Of a stretch of DNA of 64,000 bases, positions 1-10,908 are shown in pieces. The notes beneath the pieces were generated by a model. That model was given only the letters and a program-made list of their open reading frames with translations. It did no database searches and was not told the DNA's origin. The first letter of the stretch is position 1. Every line of letters begins with the position of its first letter. This DNA is from Amoebophrya sp. A120 (taxonomy: Eukaryota; Protista; Dinoflagellata), in contig CAJINV010000016.1 of the NCBI GenBank assembly GCA_905178155.1, positions 1,145,386-1,209,385 of the forward strand, read 5' to 3'. A program made the translations under genes and the position numbers.

Positions 1-248
1 CACAGTCGCAGACTCAAATGCTCTCTAGTGTGTGAGATGAACAAGAAGTGACGAGAGAGAAAGATGTTTTCGATGTTGTTCAACCTCTCCTCGTTCTCCC
101 GACCTAGCGCGACCTGAGCAGTCATCGCCTAGGATGGTAGATCTACGTATTGTACACTCACTGTGAACTTATTTTCGTTCGGCCAGGACGAGAAACGAGA
201 AGTAGTGAGCGTCAATGATGTGGTACTAGAAGTAGAACCAGTACGAGA

Positions 249-1717
249 ATGACAGCACAACAAACGACCACCAGGACGAGCAGGGGAAATGCAGCTGCGC
301 CGACAGTAAAAACATCGGCTCGTCGCGGCCGTTCCGCCCTTTTATTCTCGCGCCTACCCTTGGTGATCAAGAGCAGCTCTTGCATCCTTCTGTTCTCGCC
401 CGGAGGTGTCTCTGGCAACCGTAACGGTCAATCGTCGCAACAAGATAAATCTTCTAGTGCTAGTGGACGACCATTGGCATCAACTTCAGCCGCAGGAGAA
501 GATCATACCGCTCTCTTTAGTACCGGCCTACCGCGATCCGCTTCCGCTGCAACCTCATCAGCAAGAACTGCGGTGTCGTCGGATCATCGCGCTTTTACCA
601 CCGGAAAAGCAGATAGCGTGTTCCTGGACTCTGTTGGCGACGTCGATGAAGATTCTGGTGCTGCGTTACTACTAGATGGAAATGGCTCAGTGTCGGCTAC
701 CACGTCGGGCAGCAAGGAGAGAAACAATGGTAGACTACGACGCAACACGAAAACGAAATCAGGATCAGCTCCAAGAACATCTTCCTCACAGTCGGCTAGT
801 GAACTACAACTGGCTTTGGATCATCCCAGCATGATGCCCCATGATCATGTGCCTGGTCACGACGTGAGCGTCGATTCTGCGCCAGTACAGCGCGTGAGCA
901 AGTCGTCGCCGCTGGAGCTGCACCCCCTCCAAGGAGACAACTCGACTAAGAACAAGAAGTCACCACCTGCTGCCGTGCGCAAAGAAAAAGATGGAAGTTC
1001 TCTGTCTGTTCAGCAAGAAAAACAGCACACAACAAGCAGAACAACTTCGGGAAGAGACGAGTCGTCGAGAATAAACGCAGCAGACGTCTCCTCGAAGCAG
1101 AACAACCCCGGGCAACCTCCGTTCTCCCGTCAGCAACATACTGTTCCGGCGGAAGGAGCAAGCAGCTTCCTGGAACAAGTTTTGCTACGAATCGTCTCCG
1201 TTCCCAAATTTACGAAGCGTCTGCGCCAGAAAGCTTTCGGAAGCAGAACGGAACCTGCGTCAACCGGCAAGAACCTCCTCCTGCAAACCCAGCATCTGAA
1301 GAGCAACCGAGCAAGCGACCACGAGCCCAGTTACCTCATGACGGTGACGGAATATTGTGAAGCGGAGGCATATCGTATGCAAGAGAAAATAACCTGGGTA
1401 CGTTTAAGTCTGTAATGCGATCATGCAACACGAACACTCACAGTTACACTTGTCAACATGCTGGCCAGCCATGGGAAGCTATTTGTTTTTCATCGCGTTT
1501 TGTTTTCAACTACTAACTAGTTGAGCATCACATTAACAGGCTTTCTGTGTGGTCATGCAGAAGAGATTTGTCATGCTGTCTCTCCACGAGACCTACACTA
1601 ACACAGTTTTTCTCTTGGATATATCGGACATGCATACCAAGCTCTACTTTCCTTGATCCATCGGAGATCAAAAGAGTGTCTGTAAGCGGTTCAGGCCGTT
1701 TTTTCACATTGAGATGA
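249..1717 (+). CDS. Hypothetical S/T-rich low-complexity protein; one introner (1376-1621); 3' end uncertain (may extend to ~2005 via a GT-AG intron)
   Basis: 388-aa ORF from 249. Removing 1376-1621 plus one TATCG copy continues the frame (AYR|TCIPSST...) to TGA at 1715-1717. Confidence 0.55.
1376..1621. mobile_element. TAT...ATA introner, family G (246 bp)
   Basis: TATGCAAGAGAAAA...TTTTTCTCTTGGATA; TSD TATCG/TATCG. Confidence 0.85.
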
Positions 1718-2016
1718 TGAAACGCAAACTAGTCCTTGGCGTCATGTACGAATTGTCGTGGCAGTCGCTGTCCTATCTATCATCCATTTTCAGCTTGTAG
1801 CTCAGACGAAGCGCCGTCACAGCATTGGTCTCTTCGAATACGTATCAAGAAGAGTTGTTCTGTGTTTCATACTACAGAGAAGAAGAATGGCGGCGGCGAC
1901 ACGTGTTTTTATGCGTGTAAGGACTACTACTACAAGTGCCACGACCCGCCTCTGCACGTATTTTTGATTTCGATAATAAATAGCTATCTTGGTATGAACT
2001 TCTGATTCTGGTCTGT

Positions 2017-3128
2017 TTCCTACGGGTGCAGCTCCACAATTTTTTTCAGTAAATAATTTTCTCTACTTCCTCGTCCTATCCTACCCAATCCCGATGCGTC
2101 AGCATAGACCATGCGAAGGGCGCAGCCGGACCCCGGGGGCGCCACTTGGAGGCCGCACCAGTACCCCCTTGTTTTGTCCGTAGGTGGCACACTAGGGGGT
2201 GCCAATCATCATCACGGGCAAAGACAGGTAACGATGCAGGATGCACCTGCTGCAGCATCTACATCTGCATTGGCAGGACATCTCCAGCTTGCATGGGCAA
2301 CAGCAACAAGCTTGCATGGTCATCGACATGAAGGGCAGCAACATGGTATATCAGGCAGCAATTTGTCGCGCACGCAAACTCCCACAGGCCACGGGAGCGA
2401 CAGGCTTTTGTCCGTAGGTGGTACACTTGGCATGCGGGATAGGGACCATGACGAGGCAAAAATATACTGCTACAGATGCGTGATAAGTCTCGAGCTCAAC
2501 TCACTATGGCTCTGTGACCTGGATTTTTATTTTGCAATAGAATTTCGCATCGCAAATGGAAGGTGTTCCTTTTCTCAATATGATCGTTCTGCACTCCTTC
2601 GACCTTTCATGGAAGAACACTTGATGGCACAGCAAAGATTTGCCATGCGCAGCTTGACGTCGGAGCTGTGATCTTCTTCCTAGAGTCTGTTTTAGTGCTA
2701 GCGCAGCCATCAAAGAATAGATTGTCACTGTACACGGAGCTCAAATCATACAAGAATATCTTTCAGTCTTCCGAAGCAGCGCATGCAGTGCACAGGGGAG
2801 ATCCAGCTTGAGTTCATGTCCACTGCACTTCAACATTCTAAACCCCGGAGCCGACCTTGACCGAAGGAGCAACTTTTAAAATCAAAAACCGAAATTCTGA
2901 CTACAGCAAGAGGCGCTGGCTGTTCATAGCCTTAGCACCAACTTGGCGCCAGCCTACTAGGCTAAGCAACAACGTCCCAGGCATGGCACTCATGCCGTGC
3001 CGGTAACTGCAACTGTAGTGCTCTACTATCATGCTATTACTGACAGTTTCACGCATTTTTTCAGTATATTCCTAGTACTGACAGTTTCACGCATTCCTAC
3101 GGGTGCAGCTCCACAATTTTTTTCAGTA
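2017..3128. repeat. Dispersed direct repeats: 35-bp TTCCTACGGGTGCAGCTCCACAATTTTTTTCAGTA at 2017-2051 and 3094-3128, plus a near-identical TTTTGTCCGTAGGTGGYACACT pair at ~2172 and ~2406
   Basis: Exact or near-exact repeats read directly from the sequence. Confidence 0.7.
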
Positions 3129-4150
3129 TATAAATTTGTGCGCACAGGTAATCTCAAACTCAAACGCACACTGACGCTTGTGCATGTTTTCATTCGCTTT
3201 ACAGCAACTCTTCATGAATTGTATTGTCATTATGTGACACGTATCCTGTGCAAAAGTATCGTATTCCGTATTCGTATAAATGCAAGTCTTGTTGCATTAC
3301 AAATCTTTTTCTTAAGGAAAATCCGCATTACAAATTTGATTTCTGATGCTGACGAAATTTGTAATGCATTTATACGAGTACGATACTTTTGCAGTTCATA
3401 ATACGACTCCCACAGGGCCCCGACCTTGTGACCAAGGCTGAAGAAGATCAGTGTAGCGACTCCTATCAAATGCAAATGTGTCTGGGTCTGGAAGCAGGTT
3501 GCAACTTGTGATGCTGTATTTGGATACTACAAAAGTCTGCATTGCATGAACAGCACAAGAGGTCCACGGAGAGAGGGCATTTCTCATGCGGTATATGCAT
3601 GAGAAAGCCCTCACAAAATCTGTCATGCTAAAGCATGCATCACAGACGTCAGGAGTCATGCAAGCTGTGCATGACAAACCTTGCATCTTTCCAGATTCAG
3701 ACATATTTGCAATGCATAACTCCTGCTACGACGCAATCGACCACTACGGGCTTTCCTGCCCGAAATCGGAATACGCCAGGGACGGTTCGAAACACGTCAA
3801 GGACGGCTGTACCTGGTTCGCGGATCTCTTTGGCAGCTGTTTTCTCCTCCTCCTGTTCTGCGGCTGCGTGTATGCATTGCAAATAAAGTATCGCTCTAGT
3901 ATAAATTGCATTACAAATTTTTATTTTGGCAAGAAGGTAAAGTGCAAGTGGAATTTGTAATGCTGTCTTTCCTTGAGAAAAAAAAGTCATGCACATTTGC
4001 AATTAGTACGAGTACGATACTTTTGCACAGGATAGCGTGACTGCCACACCCATCTGCTGTGCGTTTTTCTGCATCAACTACGCAACGAACCGGCAGCCTG
4101 TGGTGGTGGTGCAGCAGCCGCATCCAGAAGAAAGCTCAATGTGGCACTGA
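2997..4150 (+). CDS. Small Cys-rich single-pass membrane protein; three introners; start codon uncertain
   Basis: Removing 3242-3400, 3464-3718 and 3871-4034 (each plus one TSD) gives ...YVTRLPQGPDLVTKAEEDQCSDSCYDAIDHYGLSCPK...FGSCFLLLLFCGCVTATPICCAFFCINY...SMWH* (TGA 4148-4150). Confidence 0.6.
3242..3400. mobile_element. TAT...ATA introner, family B
   Basis: TATCCTGTGCAAAAGTATCGTA...TACGATACTTTTGCAGTTCATA; TSD ACACG/ATACG. Confidence 0.88.
3464..3718. mobile_element. TAT...ATA introner, family A
   Basis: TATCAAATGCAAATGTGTCTGGGTCTGGAA...TTCCAGATTCAGACATATTTGCAATGCATA; TSD ACTCC. Confidence 0.92.
3871..4034. mobile_element. TAT...ATA introner, family B
   Basis: Family B TIRs; TSD GCGTG. 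Confidence 0.9.
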
Positions 4151-4937
4151 AATTTAACTCTTCAGGGCATCAACACTGAAGCGAAAGCAAAAAACGGTTG
4201 ATTAAAACGATGCACTTTAGTACACAAAGCAGATACTTAATATTGCAGTAGTGTCTAAATATTGACGCCCTCAGATAAATAAGTGATTCATACGAACAAA
4301 AAGAACTCGTCCTCGACCTCCGCGTCCGTATTGTAAGTTTCACCGAAGCTGCGGTTCCGGATCGGATGAATGTTAATGTATGTGTACGATTGTAGTTTCT
4401 CTTGCTATTTCACCTCCTCCGGCGCTCTCCGAACGTCGTGCGCTTTCCTGAAATACTCTAGCTCCTCTCCCCCACCGCAACAGCTTTGGAAGATAGATAG
4501 AGAGCCCTGTTGTACCAAAAGGGTGTGCGTGTGATGTGTACAATAAACGAACGATGAACGAGCAAATAATTTTGTAGATTGCATATGCTTATGCAAGAAC
4601 AGGGCGCACCAGAAATGTTCGACTTGTTTGCCTGCTGCGCAATCCAGCAATTTCTCCACTATGACAGTGCGCAATAAATGCCGTGGTCAATCGGCAACGT
4701 CAATGCAAGAAGATCATGTTCGAAGTTTGACATTGGGTGCGTCAAACGATAATAATACACGAAGACGAAGAACAAGCTGAAGCAACTACTGCTGCATGAA
4801 CCAGGAGGAGCGCGAACTTAAACTTAGATCCTGTACTAGACATCACATAGTTCTACCTTCTTCCAAGAAAAAAAAAAAGATCTTCCAGCGTCCGCAGTAT
4901 ATAAAAACGAAATAGCGCAACCTCAACCTGCGACGCC

Positions 4938-7158
4938 ATGTCGACCCCGGTTCTTCCACAGGACGAGCCACGCAAGGCGAAAAAAACTTGCACCATCGTC
5001 ATTGTCCGTCATGTATGAAATTCAAAAGCATCGTACTAGTATGAATCGCATGACAAATTTCCTCAGCATGAGAAAGAAAATTTGTAATGCGGATTCGACC
5101 TGAGAAAGAAATTTGTAATGCATGAATGCGATTACTACGAGTGCGATAGTTTTGCACAGGATACCACGGAGAACGGTTAGACTACGAAGATTCCACCTGG
5201 GTGCTGAGCCGCAGCTCCGATCCGTATTGCAAGGAAAAATCCTCTCTTCCCATATCTAGACGAAGCTTCTGATGCCGGATTTCCGTACACAAATGCGCGC
5301 TGTCTTGCAATACGGCATCGCAGCCAGATCCTCAGCCTAGCTTGGGGCGTTTATTGGGTCTAGTTGTTTAGCATTACAAACGGCTTCCCCCTAGGCCGAA
5401 CAGCGTGCCAAATCGCTTCCATAATGGCGCGGAAGCCTCTGCGCTTGTCTTCTTGCAAGACAGGCGTGGTTTGTGGTCTCAAAGCAGCAACGCAAATTTT
5501 CGGAAGCATACCCTTTCGATATGGGGTGGGGGGATTTTTCCTCTGAATAATCCAGAATCCACACCCTATGACCCGCCCTTGACCGATCGCGGGTTTCAAA
5601 TGGCCCGGCAGGCGGGGCGGGAAATTGCGAAGTTGCTTCAGGAAGTGGTGGAGATATCCTATGCAAAAGTATCGTACTCGTACTAATCGCATTCATGCAT
5701 GACAAACGTCCTTCGTAAGGTGAAACAGCATTACAAATTTCATTTGTAATGCTAAGCGAATTTGTAATGCAGTTACTACTAGTACGATACTTTGGCATTT
5801 CATAGGAGAAAAAAACTGACAAAACTTGCGCAGCTCGTCCCCTCCGCATAATCACCTCGCCCCTGTTGCGTTGTGTGCAAACGAGCTGTGGACTGCGGGA
5901 GGGGCTGTTGAACTTGAAGGAGAGAGGACAATTGGGAACAAGGGAAGCTGGCGACGACGTCGGTAACGATAACACCAGAGAGGGAGAAGTTGGGACGCCC
6001 TCCGGCTCTTCTTGTTCTCGTCCTATTCCCTTCCACTGCAGCCTCGCCCTGACGGAAGTTGCAATGGATAAGTGGTATCTCGCGTGGTGTGTCCCAAACC
6101 AATCCGACGGCTCCTGGGGCGGGCCGTACGGGTTCAAGCTGCCCTCTAGTGAGGAGGAGAAGAACGCGCTGAATCTCCACCCCGCGGCGACAGCGCCGAT
6201 CGGGAAATTGCTCCAGAAGTGCGTGAAAGAGAATTTTCTCAGCGCGATCAGGACCGCCGGAGGTCGTGCTGTTGGTGTTGAACAAGGGGAGCAGGCAGGA
6301 GTAGCCTCTGGGAGACATCAAGTAGAAGGTCCACCCGGTCGTCCGTCGAAGTCGAGCTGCTACTGGTTAGACCGAGATGGACCATATCAAGATGTTGACG
6401 CAGCGCTGCCTTCGGACGATTTTCAACGAGTAAACACGTTCACCAAAGACGGGACGAATAACAAGGTGATCTTGACCAGGGAACTCACGGCAGAGTCCCG
6501 GAAAATTTGCAGAGAGCAGATCAGTGAAGGGACGACTGTAGACCACCACATTGGCTGCGAGGAGGGAAAAAAACGCAGCAGGGACGCGGACCTACAAGGA
6601 GCTGCAGTCATGATCCCCTTCGCGTGCCAAAGCAGCTTCGAAGCTGCATACAACCTCTTCAGCCCGGAGACGAGCCGGGAACTGAAGCAGCGCATGAAGA
6701 ACTTTGTCGCGGAGCTTGAAACGCGATTTCCAAACGAAACCCTAATCCTCTGCACCCACGGAGGGCCGACGTCGGCTGCGGTTACGGCATTGAGCGGAGC
6801 GCACGGAGAACAAGGGTACACGAGTATTAACGTTTTGGTGCCGAAGGAAAGAAACGTAAGCGCGTCCTCGCCATCTTCTGCTGGTGACACCGACGGCAAA
6901 GACCATGCGGCCCAACACGCTCCAGCAGATGCTGAAACGACGACGAAAGGGAGCAATCGCGAAAGCTATGCCGAAGATGTAGATTTGTACGACTACGAAA
7001 CGGTCGCTCTTTCACACGACCGCCACCTGCAGTGTGTGTATGATGCGGACATGCAATTGCAGAAAGACCACATGATCGCAGCTGCGAAAAAAGATGCAGC
7101 GGCGGGCCGTGGCGCGGATAGTTGTACTAGGTCTGGTGATGTCAGGAACAATTTGTGA
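4938..7158 (+). CDS. Histidine phosphatase superfamily (phosphoglycerate mutase-like) protein; three introners
   Basis: After removing 5014-5163, 5225-5549 and 5655-5804: MSTPVLPQ...TIVIVRHGERLDYEDSTW...PYDPPLTDRGFQMARQAG...RIITSPLLRCVQT...LILCTHGGP. These are the canonical RHG, SPxxRxxQT and THG motifs. Confidence 0.9.
5014..5163. mobile_element. TAT...ATA introner, family B; splits the catalytic RHG motif
   Basis: Family B TIRs; TSD TCATG/CCACG. Confidence 0.9.
5225..5549. mobile_element. TAT...ATA introner, family E
   Basis: TATTGCAAGGAAAAATCCTCTCTTCCCATATC...GATATGGGGTGGGGGGATTTTTCCTCTGAATA; TSD ATCCG/ATCCA. Confidence 0.88.
5655..5804. mobile_element. TAT...ATA introner, family B
   Basis: Family B TIRs; TSD GGAGA. 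Confidence 0.9.
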
Positions 7159-7982
7159 CGTTATTGATCGCGATACTTCTCTTGAAGGAAGACGAGCCAA
7201 CTTCTTTAATCATGGTATCTATGCGTACAACACAAGGAAGATCTGCTCTCACGACCCATTATTTGCCCAGAAGAGCAAGAGACAAGGAGATGTCCTCCTG
7301 CTGAGGACTCCTCGTAGTTGAGCACGATATAATCGATACGACCTTGCTGCAGGTCAAGTGCTCAGCGGTAGTGAAGCGCAAGCGCCGCAACCTCTCGGGA
7401 CTGTGAGTCTCATTTTTTGTTCGTGCGATTTGCTGTGAACGAAAGAAGTAGAGTTTGTTCATCTAGTAGCTCTTTTTCTACTTCGCCGGCGTCCATGTCG
7501 TGTCACCATACTCAGTATCGTCAGTCGTTGTTCTAAAACGTATGTCGTACTATCCATCGTGCTCGTTCGTGTTTCCAATCCCGTTTTATTTGCGTCCCTG
7601 CAAGAAAACAACTCGTCCTCATGACAACTGTCACCTCGTGCAGCTACCGTCGTCAGTGCTAGCGTTTTTGTTTTGAAGACACTTAAATGGTGAAGAACTG
7701 TATTACTTATTATCGTTCTCACAGTCACACAATAAAAACAAGCAGACTTCTCACATCACAACTGGCTCCAGAGGCAATAAAACCCTCAGGAGTTTTTGGC
7801 ACACAGTTCCTCTCGTAAAAAATTAGTAGGTCACAACTCGCTATGTAGAGTAGTTCATCCTTTTGGTGTTGTGCCACCAAACAAAAACTCCAAAGAAAAT
7901 CTTTACTTCTTTGACGGTTCTAAAAATTTAAATAGTAAAATTCGTCGGCTCTAGCAAAACCCGAATCGGAAGCAACAAGATC

Positions 7983-9651
7983 ATGTCCGACGTTGAGACT
8001 GAGCAGGAACATCATGATCCTCACGTCGATCATGATGACGAACACGAAGAATTTCCCGGAGCCGCGCCTAAGGAGCCCTTGTTCTTCGGGGGCGACCACC
8101 GGTCCAGCAACCACAGCCGGTCCAGCTCCCACGGCTCGCACCACAGTCATCACAGTCACCACAGCAGCCATCACAGCCACTCCTCGCACGGCTCGCATGG
8201 CTCGCATGGAGGCGGAGGCGGTTCGGGCAATCCGATCACGGACATGATCAACAATATGATCTGCTTGCTCTGCGTCCTCCCCTGCATCTGTCTGTTGATC
8301 ATTATTGGGTCGATCGTGTATTGCTGCAGGGCCTGTTACGGGTACGAAGACAAGCACACTTCGTATCAAGTGCAAAAATGTCTGGGTCTGGAAGAGTGTA
8401 TTAAACTTGTCATGCAGATTTTCCATGACCTTGACCCATGAGGTCTGGAATGCGGGACTTAGCATGACAGACTCTACTGCAGCGAGGTCTCCGCCATGCC
8501 TATCCCGCGTGAGAAGGAGCTCCCTTCCAACTCGGACGAAAGTGGGCAGCTTTTGGCACTCATGCATCAACACAGATTTTTTTCATCGCATGCTTCAGAT
8601 TTACAAGGACCATGACAAGTTACCACCTTCCAGACCCACTCATTTTTGCAATCCATACTTCGGAGTGTGTGACAACCGAGGTGAACGGGGTAAAGACGAC
8701 AAAGTGCACCAATTCCACCTCTGGCGCTCCCGACGACTCGGGTGGTTTCCTGTCTAGCTCTAGCCGCCGCCGCGACGCCATTTTTTCCGACAGCCGGCGC
8801 CGGCGCCGCCGCGAGGCCGATCATTTTCTTTCCGCCAGGGTGGAAGACAGCCGGCGGCGTGACAACTCGAGCCGCAGGCGGGACTCCAGCCGCAGGCGGG
8901 ATTCCGGCCGGCGCCGGAGCTCCCATAGCTCGTCTTCGTTTCTGGAAAACCGAGATCAAGATTTGCAACTGCAAGACGCGGAAAGCGAAACCAGCTTTCT
9001 ACAGAAGCTGTACGGCCACTTGTTCAATAACAAAAATGGCCGCGAAGATCATGACAACACCGAACAAGCACAAGCTTCCGATCTCGGCCCTGCGAATTGG
9101 GACGACTACGCCGACACAAGAACTGCGGAGCACCAGGGCGCCAGCACGACTGGCACGACAACTGCTGACCGGTTCCTCGAGAAATTGAAACGGAAAGCGG
9201 GCGAGCTTCGGGCGGACGAAGAAGACCACGAAGACGATGAGACGACCATGCAGTCCTCTGGTGAACAAAACTCCGATCATTTTTCCACGGCTGAGACGGA
9301 AGAAGCCGGCCCGTCTTCGTACCTGGAGAATTGGGAGGAGAAGGCCGACCCGTCTCGTCCCGGGAGGCAGGGTATACTTGTTTTCTCCGTGATGTTTCTT
9401 TCCGTTTCCACAAAAGTGCTGCATCCAAAGAAATTGAAATCCTGTATCAAATAAAATCCAGCGATCAAAAAACAAATTTTGTTCGGATATTCGATCCAAA
9501 AATGTTGATCTCAGGCACCGACCGACTGGGAGAGGACGGGGACGAGGAGGACGACGATCGTGCTTCGTCCGTCGAACCCGCGGAAGATGACGGCAGCTCG
9601 GCCGCCGGGGATGAAGGTGGGGAGAGCGATGGCGCTGCGCATTCAGATTGA
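7983..9651 (+). CDS. Hypothetical membrane protein with His/Ser-rich N-terminus, Cys-rich TM segment, SRRR repeats and acidic tail; introner 8364-8657 and GT-AG intron 9372-9514
   Basis: ORFs 7983.., 8612.. and 9331.. join in frame (KHTS|ECV; RQG|TDRL) to TGA at 9651. Confidence 0.75.
8364..8657. mobile_element. TAT...ATA introner, family A
   Basis: Family A TIRs; TSD CTTCG. Confidence 0.92.
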
Positions 9652-10908
9652 GCTGCTCGGCCGTCGGGAGTTGTGGTGCTGCTGTGCAGATGCAGAAGGA
9701 TAATTTGTTGTTGGTTAAGTATTACTTAAGACCGAACGGTAGCTTTCAAAAGACCTTTCCACCGAATGAATCAATGGAAACAGTCCACCAGAACAAGATC
9801 GACGTGCTCAACCAGCCACTTGCGCTGGCGATTCAGCAGCCCTCCTGACGCAGTTTATACACTCGTTATGCAAAAATTTACCTTTTTTTCATTCCATATC
9901 CATTCGTTAGCATTACTCGTTTCGCACGTTTTTCGATTCTTTTTCTTGAACTCACAACCTGTAATATTTTGTACTCGTTCATCTCCTGATTTCTAGTTGT
10001 ACCCTTAAACAACCCACACCCACCTTAAACAACCCACACTCACGTGTTTCTTTGATTTTCTTTTTTGCTTTCCGTAACGCAACTTTTTCTCTTGAATACG
10101 CTAAGCGTAAGTCCATCTTCTCGACGCTTCCTCCCCCCTAACAAAGGCAGACCTTCCTGCCGTTCCTGATGCGAAGTGTTATTCCGACGAAAAGGGAGCA
10201 ACCACGTTAAAGAATGTAAGTGAGTTGTAAATCGTCCTTTTTTGCTGATGTTCTTGTCCCCCACCTCTATAAGTGCATAATTTGAAACGGAATACTTGCA
10301 TTGTGATGTTGTCGCAGCAGGACTACTTCTAGCGGCGGAGCTACGAAGATGTAGATGTTGTTCGTGGTCGCTCTTTCACGGTGTCTCCGCTAATTTTTTC
10401 GTCGTCCAACTCCAGCATTAGTTGACTCGTTCCCCCTGCACAACGACTCGTGTGATCAGCGAAAATTTAATCGTTTCGCTGAATCAACATTCTACTCGCG
10501 GCTGAGGAAACATAACCACGAGAGAGGGAATTTTAATTTTTCATGAGAGAGGGGCCAGTTAAGTTGAAGCTCGCTGAAGTTGCCTGAGATAATTGTCTTG
10601 TTTTCGTTGTTCTTGTTGTTTTTTCAGATGATTTTTTCGAAATCGAACTAAGACGACAAGACCACCGGCTTGTTTCGTTTGTTTCGAGATTGGTGTAGGA
10701 ATACGAAGATTCGATTGCATCCCTGATCGTGCTGGATAGGTGTAGCCGCCTCGTCAACAACATGAACCTGATTGATAAAGCTACAAAAAGATGAACAATG
10801 CCAAGTAGTCCTGAGAAGTTCGAGAAAGAAATGAAAATCTGGTAAGTACGTCGCATTTTCGGCTTTGTTGCCATTGAGAATTTCCGAGAAATTTGTTTTT
10901 GATTGAAA

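Noticed and set aside
2172-2430. TCCGTAG resembling the start of the dinoflagellate spliced leader
   Set aside because: Only 7 nt match; the CCATTTTGGCTCAAG remainder is absent.
5220-5554. Apparent rule that the fifth TSD base is invariant between copies
   Set aside because: Counter-example at 5225-5549 (ATCCG/ATCCA), and the sample is too small.
10001-10040. Two-copy 20-bp tandem repeat (CCTTAAACAACCCACAC core), and a GTTCAC hexamer run at ~24950-24997
   Set aside because: Ordinary slippage repeats; not telomeric arrays and no evident function.
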